In this document: piece by piece, positions 51,908-61,238 of the stretch
Position numbering within the stretch: position 1 is the stretch's first letter
Layout of the letters: each line of letters begins with the position of its first letter
Assembly (NCBI GenBank): GCA_023379385.1
Contig: JAMCUS010000022.1
Span: 6,813-70,812, forward strand
From: Thermoplasmatota archaeon
GTDB taxonomy: Archaea > Thermoplasmatota > Thermoplasmata > Lutacidiplasmatales > JAMCUS01
Direction: 5' to 3'
DNA length: 64,000 nucleotides
Notes under the pieces: model-generated
Databases searched by the model: none
What the model was told of the DNA's origin: nothing
The model's input: the letters and a program-made list of their open reading frames with translations, nothing else
Position numbers and translations under genes: made by a program

Positions 51908-53221
51908 ATGACGAAATTGGTCAAAATTGGAGATGTAAATGACAAAATTGATGGTAATGAGGTTACAATAAGAGGTTTTCTTCAGGATACCAGAGCTTTG
52001 GCCAAGGTATCTTTTCTTATTATCAGAGATTTTACTGGAATAATTCAGGCAGTTATTAAAAAGGATAATACAGAACATGATAAATTTAAAGAATGGAGTT
52101 CTATTCCAAGAGAATCAGTCATAGAGATATCGGGTACAGTTAAGGTAAGTAGTGAAGCAAAATCCGGTGTTGAAATAATTACAAAAAATGTTTCTGTTTT
52201 AAGTAAAGCAGAGATTCCATTACCTATCGGAATTGTTGATAAAGTTGATGTTGAATTTGATACAAGACTGAATAATAGGTTTCTGGATGTAAGAAAGGAA
52301 CGAAATAAAGATATATTCGTAACAAGATCATACGTATACAAATATATCAGAGAGTTTTTGTTGGATAATGGTTTTATTGAGATCGATACGCCCAAACTTG
52401 TATCACAGGGTGCAGAGGGTGGAGCAACCCTTTTTTCTGTAGATTATTTTGGAAAAAAAGCATATTTAGCGCAAAGCCCACAACTGTATAAACAAATGGC
52501 CATGGCAGCAGGACTGGAAAAAGTGTTTGAACTTGCTCATGCATTCAGGGCGGAACCTTCGGATACCGTTAGACATGTAACAGAGTTCACCTCTTTGGAT
52601 GTTGAAATGAGCTATATTAACAGTTCTGAAGAGGTAATGAACCTGCTTGAGAAAATGACGTTGTACGTTATTAATAACTTGAGGAACAAAAATCCCAATC
52701 TATGTGAAAAATTATCAATAAATGTAGACCTACCTCAAAAAGAATATCCAAAAATAACATACAGTGAATGTCTTAAAATTCTTTCCAATGAAGGTTTTAA
52801 TTTTAATGAAATAGATACAGAAGCAGAAAAAAAATTGGGAGATATTATAAGCAAAAAATATAGGTCAGATTTTTTCTTCATCACAGAATTCCCTGTGAGA
52901 GTAAAAAAAGGCACATTCTATGCAATGAGGCTGGAGAATAATAAGGATTTAACCGGATACTTTGATCTTGAATTCAGAGGCATGGAGATAACCTCAGGTG
53001 GGCAGAGAGAACATAGAATAGATAAACTGTTATTGCAGATAGAGGAAGCTGGTTTATCAAAAGATTCATTTAAAGATTATCTGAATTCCTTTAGATATGG
53101 AATGCCATCTCACGGTGGATTTGGATTTGGTGTGGATAGATTTGTTCAACAACTTGTAAATGCTTCCAACGTTAGAGAGGTTGTAATGTTTCCAAGAGAT
53201 AGATATAGATTAATTCCATGA
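51908..53221 (+). CDS. aspS: aspartyl-tRNA synthetase (archaeal type)
   Basis: 437 aa. OB anticodon-binding N-terminus, class II motifs FRAEPSDTVRHVTEFTSLDVEM and GGFGFGVDR. Confidence 0.95.
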   Translation: MTKLVKIGDVNDKIDGNEVTIRGFLQDTRALAKVSFLIIRDFTGIIQAVIKKDNTEHDKFKEWSSIPRESVIEISGTVKVSSEAKSGVEIITKNVSVLSKAEIPLPIGIVDKVDVEFDTRLNNRFLDVRKERNKDIFVTRSYVYKYIREFLLDNGFIEIDTPKLVSQGAEGGATLFSVDYFGKKAYLAQSPQLYKQMAMAAGLEKVFELAHAFRAEPSDTVRHVTEFTSLDVEMSYINSSEEVMNLLEKMTLYVINNLRNKNPNLCEKLSINVDLPQKEYPKITYSECLKILSNEGFNFNEIDTEAEKKLGDIISKKYRSDFFFITEFPVRVKKGTFYAMRLENNKDLTGYFDLEFRGMEITSGGQREHRIDKLLLQIEEAGLSKDSFKDYLNSFRYGMPSHGGFGFGVDRFVQQLVNASNVREVVMFPRDRYRLIP

Positions 53222-53302
53222 ATCAATATTAGATTGAAAAATCACCAAAAAATTTAAATCAGATATAAATATGTACAATTGATAAAGGATTGTTGTGATT
53301 TT

Positions 53303-53866
53303 ATGTATTTAATGGATACTGAAGAAGAAGTTGTGAGAATACCACCGGATCATTTAACAGATGATTATTTATCTGCAGTTAATAAAATTGCTAAAGAGCA
53401 ATATGAAGGGCATATTAACAGTAAAGGTGATGTGAGAATATTGATAAAAGACGTAATACCAGTTGGTGACGGAGATATTGTACACGGAGATGGTGGTGTA
53501 TATCAGAATGTAAGATTTGAATCTCTTAACTTTCATATAGATGCAAACGAGGTTATGGAAGGAACTGTTGTGTCTGTAGAAAGTTATGGCGCTTTTGTAT
53601 CAATAGGACCTTTACTTGCACTTTTACATATAAGTCAGATAATGGATGATCAACTGGAGGTTGATATAGATAACAAGAGAATAGTAGGAAAAACTACAAA
53701 AAAAGATATAAAAGAGGGTATGAAAGTTACAGTAAGAGCGGTCATGATATCTATGAATAATCAGAATATTCATGAAAGTAAAATTGGACTTACAATGAGG
53801 CAACCAGGATTGGGTAGAAAGGAATGGATGGAGATGGAACATAAAAAGATAAAGCCTGCAGCATAA
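53303..53866 (+). CDS. rpoE1: RNA polymerase subunit E' (Rpo7), S1 domain
   Basis: MYLMDTEEEVVRIPP N-terminus and an S1-like GTVVSVESYGAFVSIG. Start taken at ATG 53303. Confidence 0.85.
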   Translation: MYLMDTEEEVVRIPPDHLTDDYLSAVNKIAKEQYEGHINSKGDVRILIKDVIPVGDGDIVHGDGGVYQNVRFESLNFHIDANEVMEGTVVSVESYGAFVSIGPLLALLHISQIMDDQLEVDIDNKRIVGKTTKKDIKEGMKVTVRAVMISMNNQNIHESKIGLTMRQPGLGRKEWMEMEHKKIKPAA

Positions 53867-53879
53867 AGGTGATATTTCA

Positions 53880-54086
53880 ATGGTCAAAAGATCTGTTAGT
53901 ACAGTATTAAAAGCATGCAAGAAATGTAAATATATAACTACAGAGCACAGGTGTCCAATATGCGATTCGGATCAGTTGTCGAGAGAATGGAATGGATATC
54001 TGGTAATAATAGATTATGAAAAATCAGAGATCGCAAAGCAACTGCATATAACAAGGAATGGAAAATACGCCGTAAAGGTAAAATAA
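53880..54086 (+). CDS. spt4: transcription elongation factor Spt4 (RpoE'')
   Basis: 68 aa. CKKCKY...CPICDS zinc ribbon, in the conserved position after rpoE'. Confidence 0.85.
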   Translation: MVKRSVSTVLKACKKCKYITTEHRCPICDSDQLSREWNGYLVIIDYEKSEIAKQLHITRNGKYAVKVK

Positions 54087-54133
54087 CTATTTAAATAAAT
54101 TATTAAATTATAAATTAAGGGATAACTGTTAAA

Positions 54134-54625
54134 ATGTATGTTCTTACTGACGATATAAGAGAGATTATCAAAAAGCCACTTGGAACACTGATTTCAGCTG
54201 ATAAAATATCATTATATCTGACCATGGATGACCTTATTGCTACCTGTGGAGATATAACAACGAAAACAGTTTATGATCTTGGATATAGAATGAAAATCGC
54301 AATTATAGATAATAAAACAAAACGTGAAAAGGTGGTCAATACAATAAACATGGATGGTTACGATATAAAAAAGGTTATATCAAACCCAGGAACTGTATCA
54401 GATGATCTATTTCTTGCCGTAAAGGAGGCAGTTATATCAAATCACAACATTTTGATAAAGGTAATTGGAGAAGAGGATCTTGGAACATTACCACTTATAA
54501 ATTATATGCCATGCAATAGTAAGATATTATATGGACAGCCTGATGAAGGTATTGTGGTAGTATATGTGAATGAAAAGATTAAAGAATATGTAAAGAATAT
54601 GTTACTAAAGATGGTGAGGATATAA
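54134..54625 (+). CDS. DUF359/UPF0218 protein (GTP-dependent dephospho-CoA kinase family)
   Basis: 163 aa. CGDITTKTV...IAIIDNKTKRE pattern and conserved synteny with spt4/S24e. Confidence 0.7.
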   Translation: MYVLTDDIREIIKKPLGTLISADKISLYLTMDDLIATCGDITTKTVYDLGYRMKIAIIDNKTKREKVVNTINMDGYDIKKVISNPGTVSDDLFLAVKEAVISNHNILIKVIGEEDLGTLPLINYMPCNSKILYGQPDEGIVVVYVNEKIKEYVKNMLLKMVRI

Positions 54626-54960
54626 TGGAAGTTTTCGTATTAAATAAAAAAGAAGATAAAATTTTGGACAGGACGATTATTGAATTCAAGATAGATAATA
54701 ATGGTAAGCCGACTCCTGCTAGAAAGGAGATTGTAGACGCAATAAGTGCATCCATTAAATCACCAAAGGATTTGATAGTTATTGAATCTACCAGAACTAC
54801 ATACGGTAAAAATGAGATAAAAGGAACAGTACATGTATATAATGATAAAAAAGTAATGACCAAGTTAGAAAGGTCGCATGTACTGATAAAGAATGGCATT
54901 ATAGAAAAAACAGAGAAAACCAAGGAATCCGGTAAAAAGGAAGTAACTAAAAAAGCATAA
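54625..54960 (+). CDS. rps24e: ribosomal protein S24e (eS24)
   Basis: 111 aa. NKLLDRxE-type N-terminus, TTYGKNEIKGTVHVYND. Confidence 0.9.
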   Translation: MEVFVLNKKEDKILDRTIIEFKIDNNGKPTPARKEIVDAISASIKSPKDLIVIESTRTTYGKNEIKGTVHVYNDKKVMTKLERSHVLIKNGIIEKTEKTKESGKKEVTKKA

Positions 54961-55001
54961 AGTGATCTTTATATTGAGCGAATATCATGGGGGAATATTT
55001 T

Positions 55002-55160
55002 ATGAGTAATAAAAGAGAGATTTATAAAATAGAAAATGGCAAAGTGAGTAGAGAGAGAAAAAATTGCCCTAAATGTGGTATGGGAATTTTCCTGGCAGAA
55101 CACAAGAATAGATATTCTTGTGGTAAATGCGGATATACCGAATTCAAGAGTAAAAAATAA
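55002..55160 (+). CDS. rps27ae: ribosomal protein S27ae (eS31), 52 aa, not in ORF track
   Basis: [49 protein letters not shown]4 zinc ribbon, directly after S24e as in other archaea. Confidence 0.85.
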   Translation: MSNKREIYKIENGKVSRERKNCPKCGMGIFLAEHKNRYSCGKCGYTEFKSKK

Positions 55161-55163
55161 AAA

Positions 55164-55282
55164 GGGTCCGTAGTGTAGATTCCTGAGATAGGCTAAAAAG
55201 GATATCACAGAGGCCTCCGGTATTGTTGGAGATAGCCTCTGACCCGGGTTCAAAAGTTTTTCTGAAATTCCCGGCGGACCCG
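55164..55282 (+). tRNA. tRNA-Arg(CCG) with three inserts (D-loop about 20 nt, 37/38 13 nt, T-loop 14 nt)
   Basis: GGGTCCG-TA-GTGT-AG[..]GGATA-TCAC-A-GAGGC-CTCCGG[TATTGTTGGAGAT]A-GCCTC-TGAC-CCGGG-TTCAAA[AGTTTTTCTGAAAT]T-CCCGG-CGGACCC-G. The acceptor, anticodon and T stems pair perfectly. Confidence 0.65.
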
Positions 55283-55354
55283 TATCAACAAAGGTGTGGT
55301 TATTATTTACGAAAGCCTGATCAGGAAGGCTCCTATCTTTAACTGTAGAGTAGC

Positions 55355-56569
55355 TCACTCAAATTCTATATGATACCGATTCATCAGTATTGATGCACCT
55401 ATTGGGGATATGAGTGTGGTTATTATACCTACACCAACAATGATTGTAAAAATTGTTTCATTGATTATACCCATTGAAAAAGCTATTGACGCAATAACCA
55501 GTTCGATCATGCCTCTACCATTCATTATGAAACCTATAAATACAGATTTTATTTTATTCACTCCGTTTATTCTCGCGCCTATAAATCCACCAAAAATTTT
55601 TCCAACTATTGCGATTATAAGAAACAGACCAAACAATAGAATATTAAAGTAAAGATCTTTTATTATTAACTCCAATCCTATTATTGCAAAAAAAAGAGGC
55701 ACAAAGAAACCATAGGTTATAGGAGATAACGTACTTGTGATCTTTTCATAAGTTTCATCACCTGCTGAATCCTTGTTGACAAGCAATCCTGAAAAAAAGG
55801 TTCCTGTAACAAAGGCAAGCCCCATATACATTCCAAAGAACGAAATGGCCAGTGCAACAACAAGTAAAAGGGCAAAGTCAATCTCCTTTGTCTTCAACCT
55901 GTTTAATATTTTGGATACAATATACGAAAATGTACTAAAAGACGATATAACCATATACGCAGTTATAATGGTAGATAAGAATAAGGCTATTTTTAAAACA
56001 GATATTATGAATATTATAAAGGTCAGTGTACCACTGCTATAAAGTATGAGTAAAAGGGAGAATACAAACATGGCTAAAATATCATTTATCACACAGGCGG
56101 TCATTATATCATAGCCTATCTTTTTATTAATAACACCTATTTCAGATAGTATAATAGCTGATACAGGTAACGCCGTGATAGATATGCATAAAGCGAGAAA
56201 AAGAGTGATGATTAAACTATAGTGGTATAAAATGCCTGGTATTAATCCAATTACAAATGGTATAAAAAAAGAGGTGATGGATACAACTACTGCATTTTTG
56301 CTTGATTTTATCAGGCTACGTGGATCAAGCTCTATACCCGCAATGAGCATTATGAAAAATACAGAAATATCAGAAACAGGCAAAAGGGCGGGAATAGCAT
56401 TAGCGGTGATTATGTTAAGTATGGAGGGACCTATAAGAATACCGATAAATACCTGCCCAACAAGACTTACCTGCTTATATCTTGTTAGTATCTCACCAGC
56501 AAATATTGCTAAAGCAAGCAATAAAAAAAGGTCTATATAAAAAGTATTAGAATTCATGTCAAATATCAC
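55355..56569 (-). CDS. cation:proton antiporter (CPA2/Kef-NapA type)
   Basis: 404 aa with about 12 TM helices, Na+/H+ exchanger family layout. Confidence 0.8.
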   Translation of the reverse strand: MIFDMNSNTFYIDLFLLLALAIFAGEILTRYKQVSLVGQVFIGILIGPSILNIITANAIPALLPVSDISVFFIMLIAGIELDPRSLIKSSKNAVVVSITSFFIPFVIGLIPGILYHYSLIITLFLALCISITALPVSAIILSEIGVINKKIGYDIMTACVINDILAMFVFSLLLILYSSGTLTFIIFIISVLKIALFLSTIITAYMVISSFSTFSYIVSKILNRLKTKEIDFALLLVVALAISFFGMYMGLAFVTGTFFSGLLVNKDSAGDETYEKITSTLSPITYGFFVPLFFAIIGLELIIKDLYFNILLFGLFLIIAIVGKIFGGFIGARINGVNKIKSVFIGFIMNGRGMIELVIASIAFSMGIINETIFTIIVGVGIITTLISPIGASILMNRYHIEFE

Positions 56570-56619
56570 ATATATATCAAATATAAATATTTCTCTATAT
56601 TTTATGCATTGGGATAAAA

Positions 56620-57320
56620 TTAAATGATCTCTTCCTGCTTCATCGTTCCAGCTTGGATACCTTTACGATATGTAGAGGTCAGAGCATCCACAGGCTTTTT
56701 TACAGAATTCCACACATGCCGTATGTACTTCTCTCTTATGTTCAGAGCAGCGTTAAGATCCCGATCCATTACTAATCCGCAGTTATTACACATGTGGATT
56801 CTTATAGATAGATCCTTCTTGACGATAGCTCCGCAACGTGAGCATAACTGACTTGTGTTTCTTGGATTTACAAACTCTATGTATTTACCAGCATTTTCGG
56901 CTTTGTAAACACACATGTCTACCAGTTTGCCCCAGAAACCGTCTGATATACTCTTTGCTAGATTGTGATTTTGAACCATTCCCTGAACATTTAAATCCTC
57001 AAAGACTATTATATTTCCACTCTCCACTATTTGATTAGATGCTTTATGCAGATTATCTTTTCGTGCATTCGCTAACTTACGCTGTTTTTTAGCGACTTTC
57101 TTTCTTATTTTATTCCTGTTATAAGAGCGTTTCTTTGTTCTGGATAGTTGTTTCTGTAGTGTTTTAATACCTTTTTCATACTTCGCTATTAACTTTGGAT
57201 TCTCTATCTCTTTAACTTCTATACCATCAGTTAACACGGCTAATTTGTTTATGCCGACATCAACACCAATAATATCCTGTTCTTTAATCTGTTCTATCGG
57301 TATCTTAGATGAATAAGAGG
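56620..57320 (-). pseudogene. tnpB: IS200/IS605-family tnpB, 5'-truncated (C-terminal ~230 aa retained)
   Basis: RuvC-like triad context GVDVGINKLAV / VFEDLNVQGM / RDLNAALNI and zinc finger CSRCG...CNNCG. The N-terminal ~150-200 aa of a normal TnpB are absent. Sequence upstream of about 57320 is antisense to the IS630 remnant. Confidence 0.75.
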
Positions 57321-57331
57321 AAAGGTTTTGA

Positions 57332-58163
57332 GGGAATAAACAGGGAATCCGTCCGGCTGATCCTAAAAAAAACGACACTAAACCCTGGAAGAGAAGAATG
57401 TGGTGCATCCGGGCCATAGACGGGGAATACATGAAAAGGATGTACGATGTCATTGATCTTTACACAAAGAAAAACATGCGGCTTCACGTGATTGCAATCG
57501 ACGAGAAACCCAAGCAGATCGTCTCAGACAAGAGAAAACCTATACCGATGAAACCCGGATCGCCTGAAAGATACGATTACGAATATGTAAGACATGGAAC
57601 GGCAAACATATTTGTTGCCGTTGAATTCAAGGCAGGAAAGAGGATGACAAGGGTCACGAAGAGAAGAACAAAGAAAGATTTTGCCATGTTTGTGAAAGAG
57701 GTTCTTGACGGATACCCTCGGATAAGGAAACTGCACATAGTTCTTGACAATCTTAACACCCATTTTGCGGGATCATTTGAAGAGACCTTTGGAGAAGAAC
57801 AGGCCAAATCCATTCTGCGAAGGATCGACAGGCTGTAAGGAAATACCAAAAACGGTATGTTTTTGTTCTAAAAAAACATTTTTTGAGTGTGAATTTTTGA
57901 AAATTTTGTTGAATTATCCAGTTCTATTACAACATGTCGAGTTCCATTATACGCCAAAGCATGCAAGCTGGCTCAACGTTGCAGAGATAGAGATCAATGT
58001 CATAGACATGGAATACACTGGCAGAAGATTCGAAGACTTCAGGAGCCTGGAAGATGAGGTCAGTGCATGGACGGGAAAACGTAATCGTGACAGGAAGAAG
58101 ATAAAATGGAAATTTGACAGGGCAAAGGCAGATAAGAAATTATCAAAATATTATACCGAATAA
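57332..58163 (+). pseudogene. IS630/Tc1-type DDE transposase, 5'-truncated and split by a MITE
   Basis: KPWKRRMWCI, IAIDEKP, VLDNLNTH and HYTPKHASWLNVAEIE motifs. The N-terminal HTH region is missing. The reading frame is broken at 57827-57938. Confidence 0.75.
57829..57940 (+). mobile_element. MITE family copy D inserted in the IS630 transposase gene
   Basis: TIRs GACAGGCTGTAA / TTACAACATGTC. TCGA is present at both junctions (57825-57828 and 57937-57940). Deleting exactly 112 bp rejoins ...ILRRI to EFHYTPKH... in frame. Confidence 0.75.
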
Positions 58164-58269
58164 TGCAATTGTCATGACACTAGTAACAATTCTGACTTCA
58201 AGTCACTGAACTCTTACGGAAATGGAATAAATTCATGCAATACAATTGCGTGCCAATATTCTTATTTTT

Positions 58270-58854
58270 CTACTTTTTCTCTATATATCGTGCAATATAA
58301 CCTTCCCTGCATGTATTGCAACAGAAAAATCTTGTTCCATTAACGGTTTTTAACTTGAAAACATTGCCAGTAATATTATTATCACAATAAGAACATTTTA
58401 TACTCATCCTACCTGCAGTTATAGATTTAACATTTGTATTATGTGATATTACAGGATATATATCTATAACTATAAATTTTATCTTATTTAGTTCTTCTAT
58501 CAAGTCACCAAGTTCTTCTTTATTATTGATCTTTACAGAAATAATGGTATCTCCTTTTCCTGTAACAGTATATTTTTCATCTATGACCTTAATCTTTTCT
58601 AACTTCACTCCATTCTTCCGGCCATCAATCCATTTTCCAATTATTAGGAACTCCAACAGATCAGATTCATCGCCCACTATAACGGTATACCCTTTTATAA
58701 TTCCATTTATTTCCATTCGTTTTATCCTTTCACCGACAGTAGGTACAGATATACCGGTCATAGATGCAATTTTCCTGTTAGATATTCTAGCCTTTCCTTT
58801 TAATATGTTCAATATTTTAATATCTATTTCGTCAAGTTTTATACTCATAATCAT
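58270..58854 (-). CDS. Lrp/AsnC-type regulator with C-terminal TRASH metal-binding domain (CopR/CopT-like)
   Basis: N-terminal HTH_AsnC (LDEIDIKILNILKGKARISNRKIASMTGISVPTVGERIKRME) and C-terminal CSYCDN...FFCCNTCREGY. Divergent from the copper ATPase. Confidence 0.75.
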   Translation of the reverse strand: MIMSIKLDEIDIKILNILKGKARISNRKIASMTGISVPTVGERIKRMEINGIIKGYTVIVGDESDLLEFLIIGKWIDGRKNGVKLEKIKVIDEKYTVTGKGDTIISVKINNKEELGDLIEELNKIKFIVIDIYPVISHNTNVKSITAGRMSIKCSYCDNNITGNVFKLKTVNGTRFFCCNTCREGYIARYIEKK

Positions 58855-58945
58855 TATAATTGTAATCTAATATATCAATATATCTTACAAATATAAATAT
58901 AACATTTTATATGGTTATATTCATTACAACCTATGGTGATAAATA

Positions 58946-59086
58946 ATGGCAAAAGATGTCGTGTGCAAAATGGATGTGAAAGAAGAGAAAGCAAAATATA
59001 CCTCAGATTACAAAGGGAAAAAATATTACTTCTGTGGAGAACATTGTAAAAAAAGTTTTGATAAAGAGCCTGCAAAATATCTATAA
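58946..59086 (+). CDS. small TRASH/YHS-domain metal-binding protein (46 aa, not in ORF track)
   Basis: MAKDVVCKMDVKEEKAKYTSDYKGKKYYFCGEHCKKSFDKEPAKYL. The same CxM...YYFC..xC..F pattern as the CopA N-terminus. Confidence 0.65.
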   Translation: MAKDVVCKMDVKEEKAKYTSDYKGKKYYFCGEHCKKSFDKEPAKYL

Positions 59087-59129
59087 ATTGATATAACAGA
59101 AGCATAGACGTTAACTCTATGGGATTGCT

Positions 59130-61238
59130 ATGGCAAAGGACCCTGTATGTGGAATGTATGTAGATGAATCTGATGCAGCTATATACAGTAAAAAAAACGA
59201 TATCACATACTATTTTTGCAGTACGGACTGTAAAAAAACCTTTGATGCCCCTGAAAAGTCTTTAAGATTAAATAAAATATTCACAGCCATAGCATGGCTT
59301 TTTGGTATACCCATTTTAGTAGGAACCTATTTTATACACCTGCCGTATGACTACTACACTCTTTTTGTAATGGCTGTCATTGTTCAATTCATACCAGGTG
59401 CAAAATTTTATAAAGGATTATATGATGGTCTGAAGAATTTTTCTACAAATATGGATAGCCTTATAGCAATAGGCACTTCTACCGCATTTTTTTACAGTGC
59501 ATTTATTGTGCTTACCTCTACTGGTGGAACCAAACTTAATGTTTATTTTGATACATCGGCATTGATAATAGCACTTATACGTACCGGCAGCCTTATGGAA
59601 GAACTTACTAAAGAAAAGGCTACCGATACCATCAGAAAACTTATGGATCTGAGACCTTCAACGGCAAGACTGATCAAAGAGGGTAGGGAAACCTTGATAC
59701 CTGTTGAAGAGGTTAAAAGTGGAGATGTTATTGTAATTAAACCTGGAGAGAAGGTACCTGTTGACGGTGTTGTGATTGACGGTTCAAGCGAGATAGATCA
59801 ATCCATGATAACAGGTGAAAGTGTACCTGTTGCAGTATCCGTTGGATCTAAAGTTGCAGGCGGAACAATCAATACTATAGGTACCTTTAAAGAAAAGGCA
59901 ACCACAGTTGGTTCTGACAGTGTATTATCTAAAATTGCAGATATGATTGAATCTGCCAGGGAAGGAAGAGCACCTATTCAGAGAATCGCTGATAAAGTAT
60001 CTTCATATTTTGTTCCTGTTGTTGTTTCTATTGCATTAATATCTGCCATCCTATGGTATGTCTATTTTCAAGCATTTTTTGGAATTGATGGTTTTACAAT
60101 ACCAATTCTGGTGTTTGTATCTGTTGTTGTTATAGCCTGCCCATGTGCTCTTGGAATCGCTACACCTGCTGCCTTTATGGTAGGCGCTGGTAAAGGTGCT
60201 GAAAATGGTATTTTAATAAAAAGCGGTGATGCACTTGAGTCGTCGAATAGAGTCAACACCATTGTGTTTGACAAAACCGGAACGATAACAACAGGGCATC
60301 CTGTATTGACAAGAATAAAACTACTTTCGTCTATAAGTATGATTGATTTTATATCATTTTTTTATGCCATTGAAAAAAATTCGGAGCACCCTATCGCTAA
60401 AGCTACTGTAGAATATGCAAAACGAACTAAACTGAATAATAAGGAGGTAAAAGATTTTATAATAACTCCAGGCATGGGACTGAGGGGGACTATAGATCAA
60501 GTTGAATATATAGCTGGAAATATAAAAATGATGAAAGAAAATGAATGTAAGGCAAAAGAGGTAAATTTTGAAAAAATCGTTAGAGAGATGGAAAATAATG
60601 GTAGTACTGTTATACTGTTCTCAAAAGGAACAGAGATTCTGGGCATTGTTGAATTTCAGGATGGTTTAAAGGCTGATGCTAGGGAAACTATGCAAATATT
60701 GAAAAAAATGAATATGAAAACCGTAATGCTTACGGGCGATAATAAACATGTTGCTAATATTGTTGCTAAAGAAGTTGGCATAGATTATGTATACTCTGAA
60801 CTTATGCCAGATAATAAAGTTGAAATAATTAAAAAATTGAAAAGAGAGGGTGATATTGTTGCTATGGTTGGAGATGGAATAAATGATGCACCCTCTCTAG
60901 CATCTGCAGATCTGGGTATTGCCATAGGCACAGGCACCGATATAGCAAAAGCGTCTGGAGGGCTGATACTTATGGGTAAAGATCTAAAAGATGTGGTAAT
61001 AGCAATTAAACTGGGAAGAAAAACCATAAAAAAAGTTAAACAGAACATATTCTGGGCTTTTGCGTACAATTCAGTTCTTATTCCTGTTGCTGCCGGTGCC
61101 TTTGTACCTCTTTTCGGAATATCAATTTATAATATTTTACCGATATTTGCAGGATTGGCAATGGCCTTTAGCAGTACAACAGTGGTACTGAATTCTATGT
61201 TTCTAAAATTATATGATCCAAAAAGGGAGATATTGTGA
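59130..61238 (+). CDS. copA: copper-translocating P1B-type ATPase with N-terminal TRASH/YHS domain
   Basis: 702 aa. DPVCGM...YYFCSTDC N-domain, TGES, CPC in TM6 (ACPCALGIATP), DKTGTIT, GDGINDAP. Confidence 0.9.
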   Translation: MAKDPVCGMYVDESDAAIYSKKNDITYYFCSTDCKKTFDAPEKSLRLNKIFTAIAWLFGIPILVGTYFIHLPYDYYTLFVMAVIVQFIPGAKFYKGLYDGLKNFSTNMDSLIAIGTSTAFFYSAFIVLTSTGGTKLNVYFDTSALIIALIRTGSLMEELTKEKATDTIRKLMDLRPSTARLIKEGRETLIPVEEVKSGDVIVIKPGEKVPVDGVVIDGSSEIDQSMITGESVPVAVSVGSKVAGGTINTIGTFKEKATTVGSDSVLSKIADMIESAREGRAPIQRIADKVSSYFVPVVVSIALISAILWYVYFQAFFGIDGFTIPILVFVSVVVIACPCALGIATPAAFMVGAGKGAENGILIKSGDALESSNRVNTIVFDKTGTITTGHPVLTRIKLLSSISMIDFISFFYAIEKNSEHPIAKATVEYAKRTKLNNKEVKDFIITPGMGLRGTIDQVEYIAGNIKMMKENECKAKEVNFEKIVREMENNGSTVILFSKGTEILGIVEFQDGLKADARETMQILKKMNMKTVMLTGDNKHVANIVAKEVGIDYVYSELMPDNKVEIIKKLKREGDIVAMVGDGINDAPSLASADLGIAIGTGTDIAKASGGLILMGKDLKDVVIAIKLGRKTIKKVKQNIFWAFAYNSVLIPVAAGAFVPLFGISIYNILPIFAGLAMAFSSTTVVLNSMFLKLYDPKREIL

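Noticed and set aside
54969-55358. 129-aa minus-strand ORF.
   Set aside because: It overlaps the S27ae gene and the tRNA-Arg on the opposite strand. Both of those are strongly supported.
57305-57849. Minus-strand ORFs 57305-57487, 57524-57763 and 57577-57849, and the N-terminal ~45 aa of the 56620-57453 ORF.
   Set aside because: They are antisense to the IS630-type transposase remnant. TnpB homology stops near 57320, so the extension to 57453 is fortuitous read-through.
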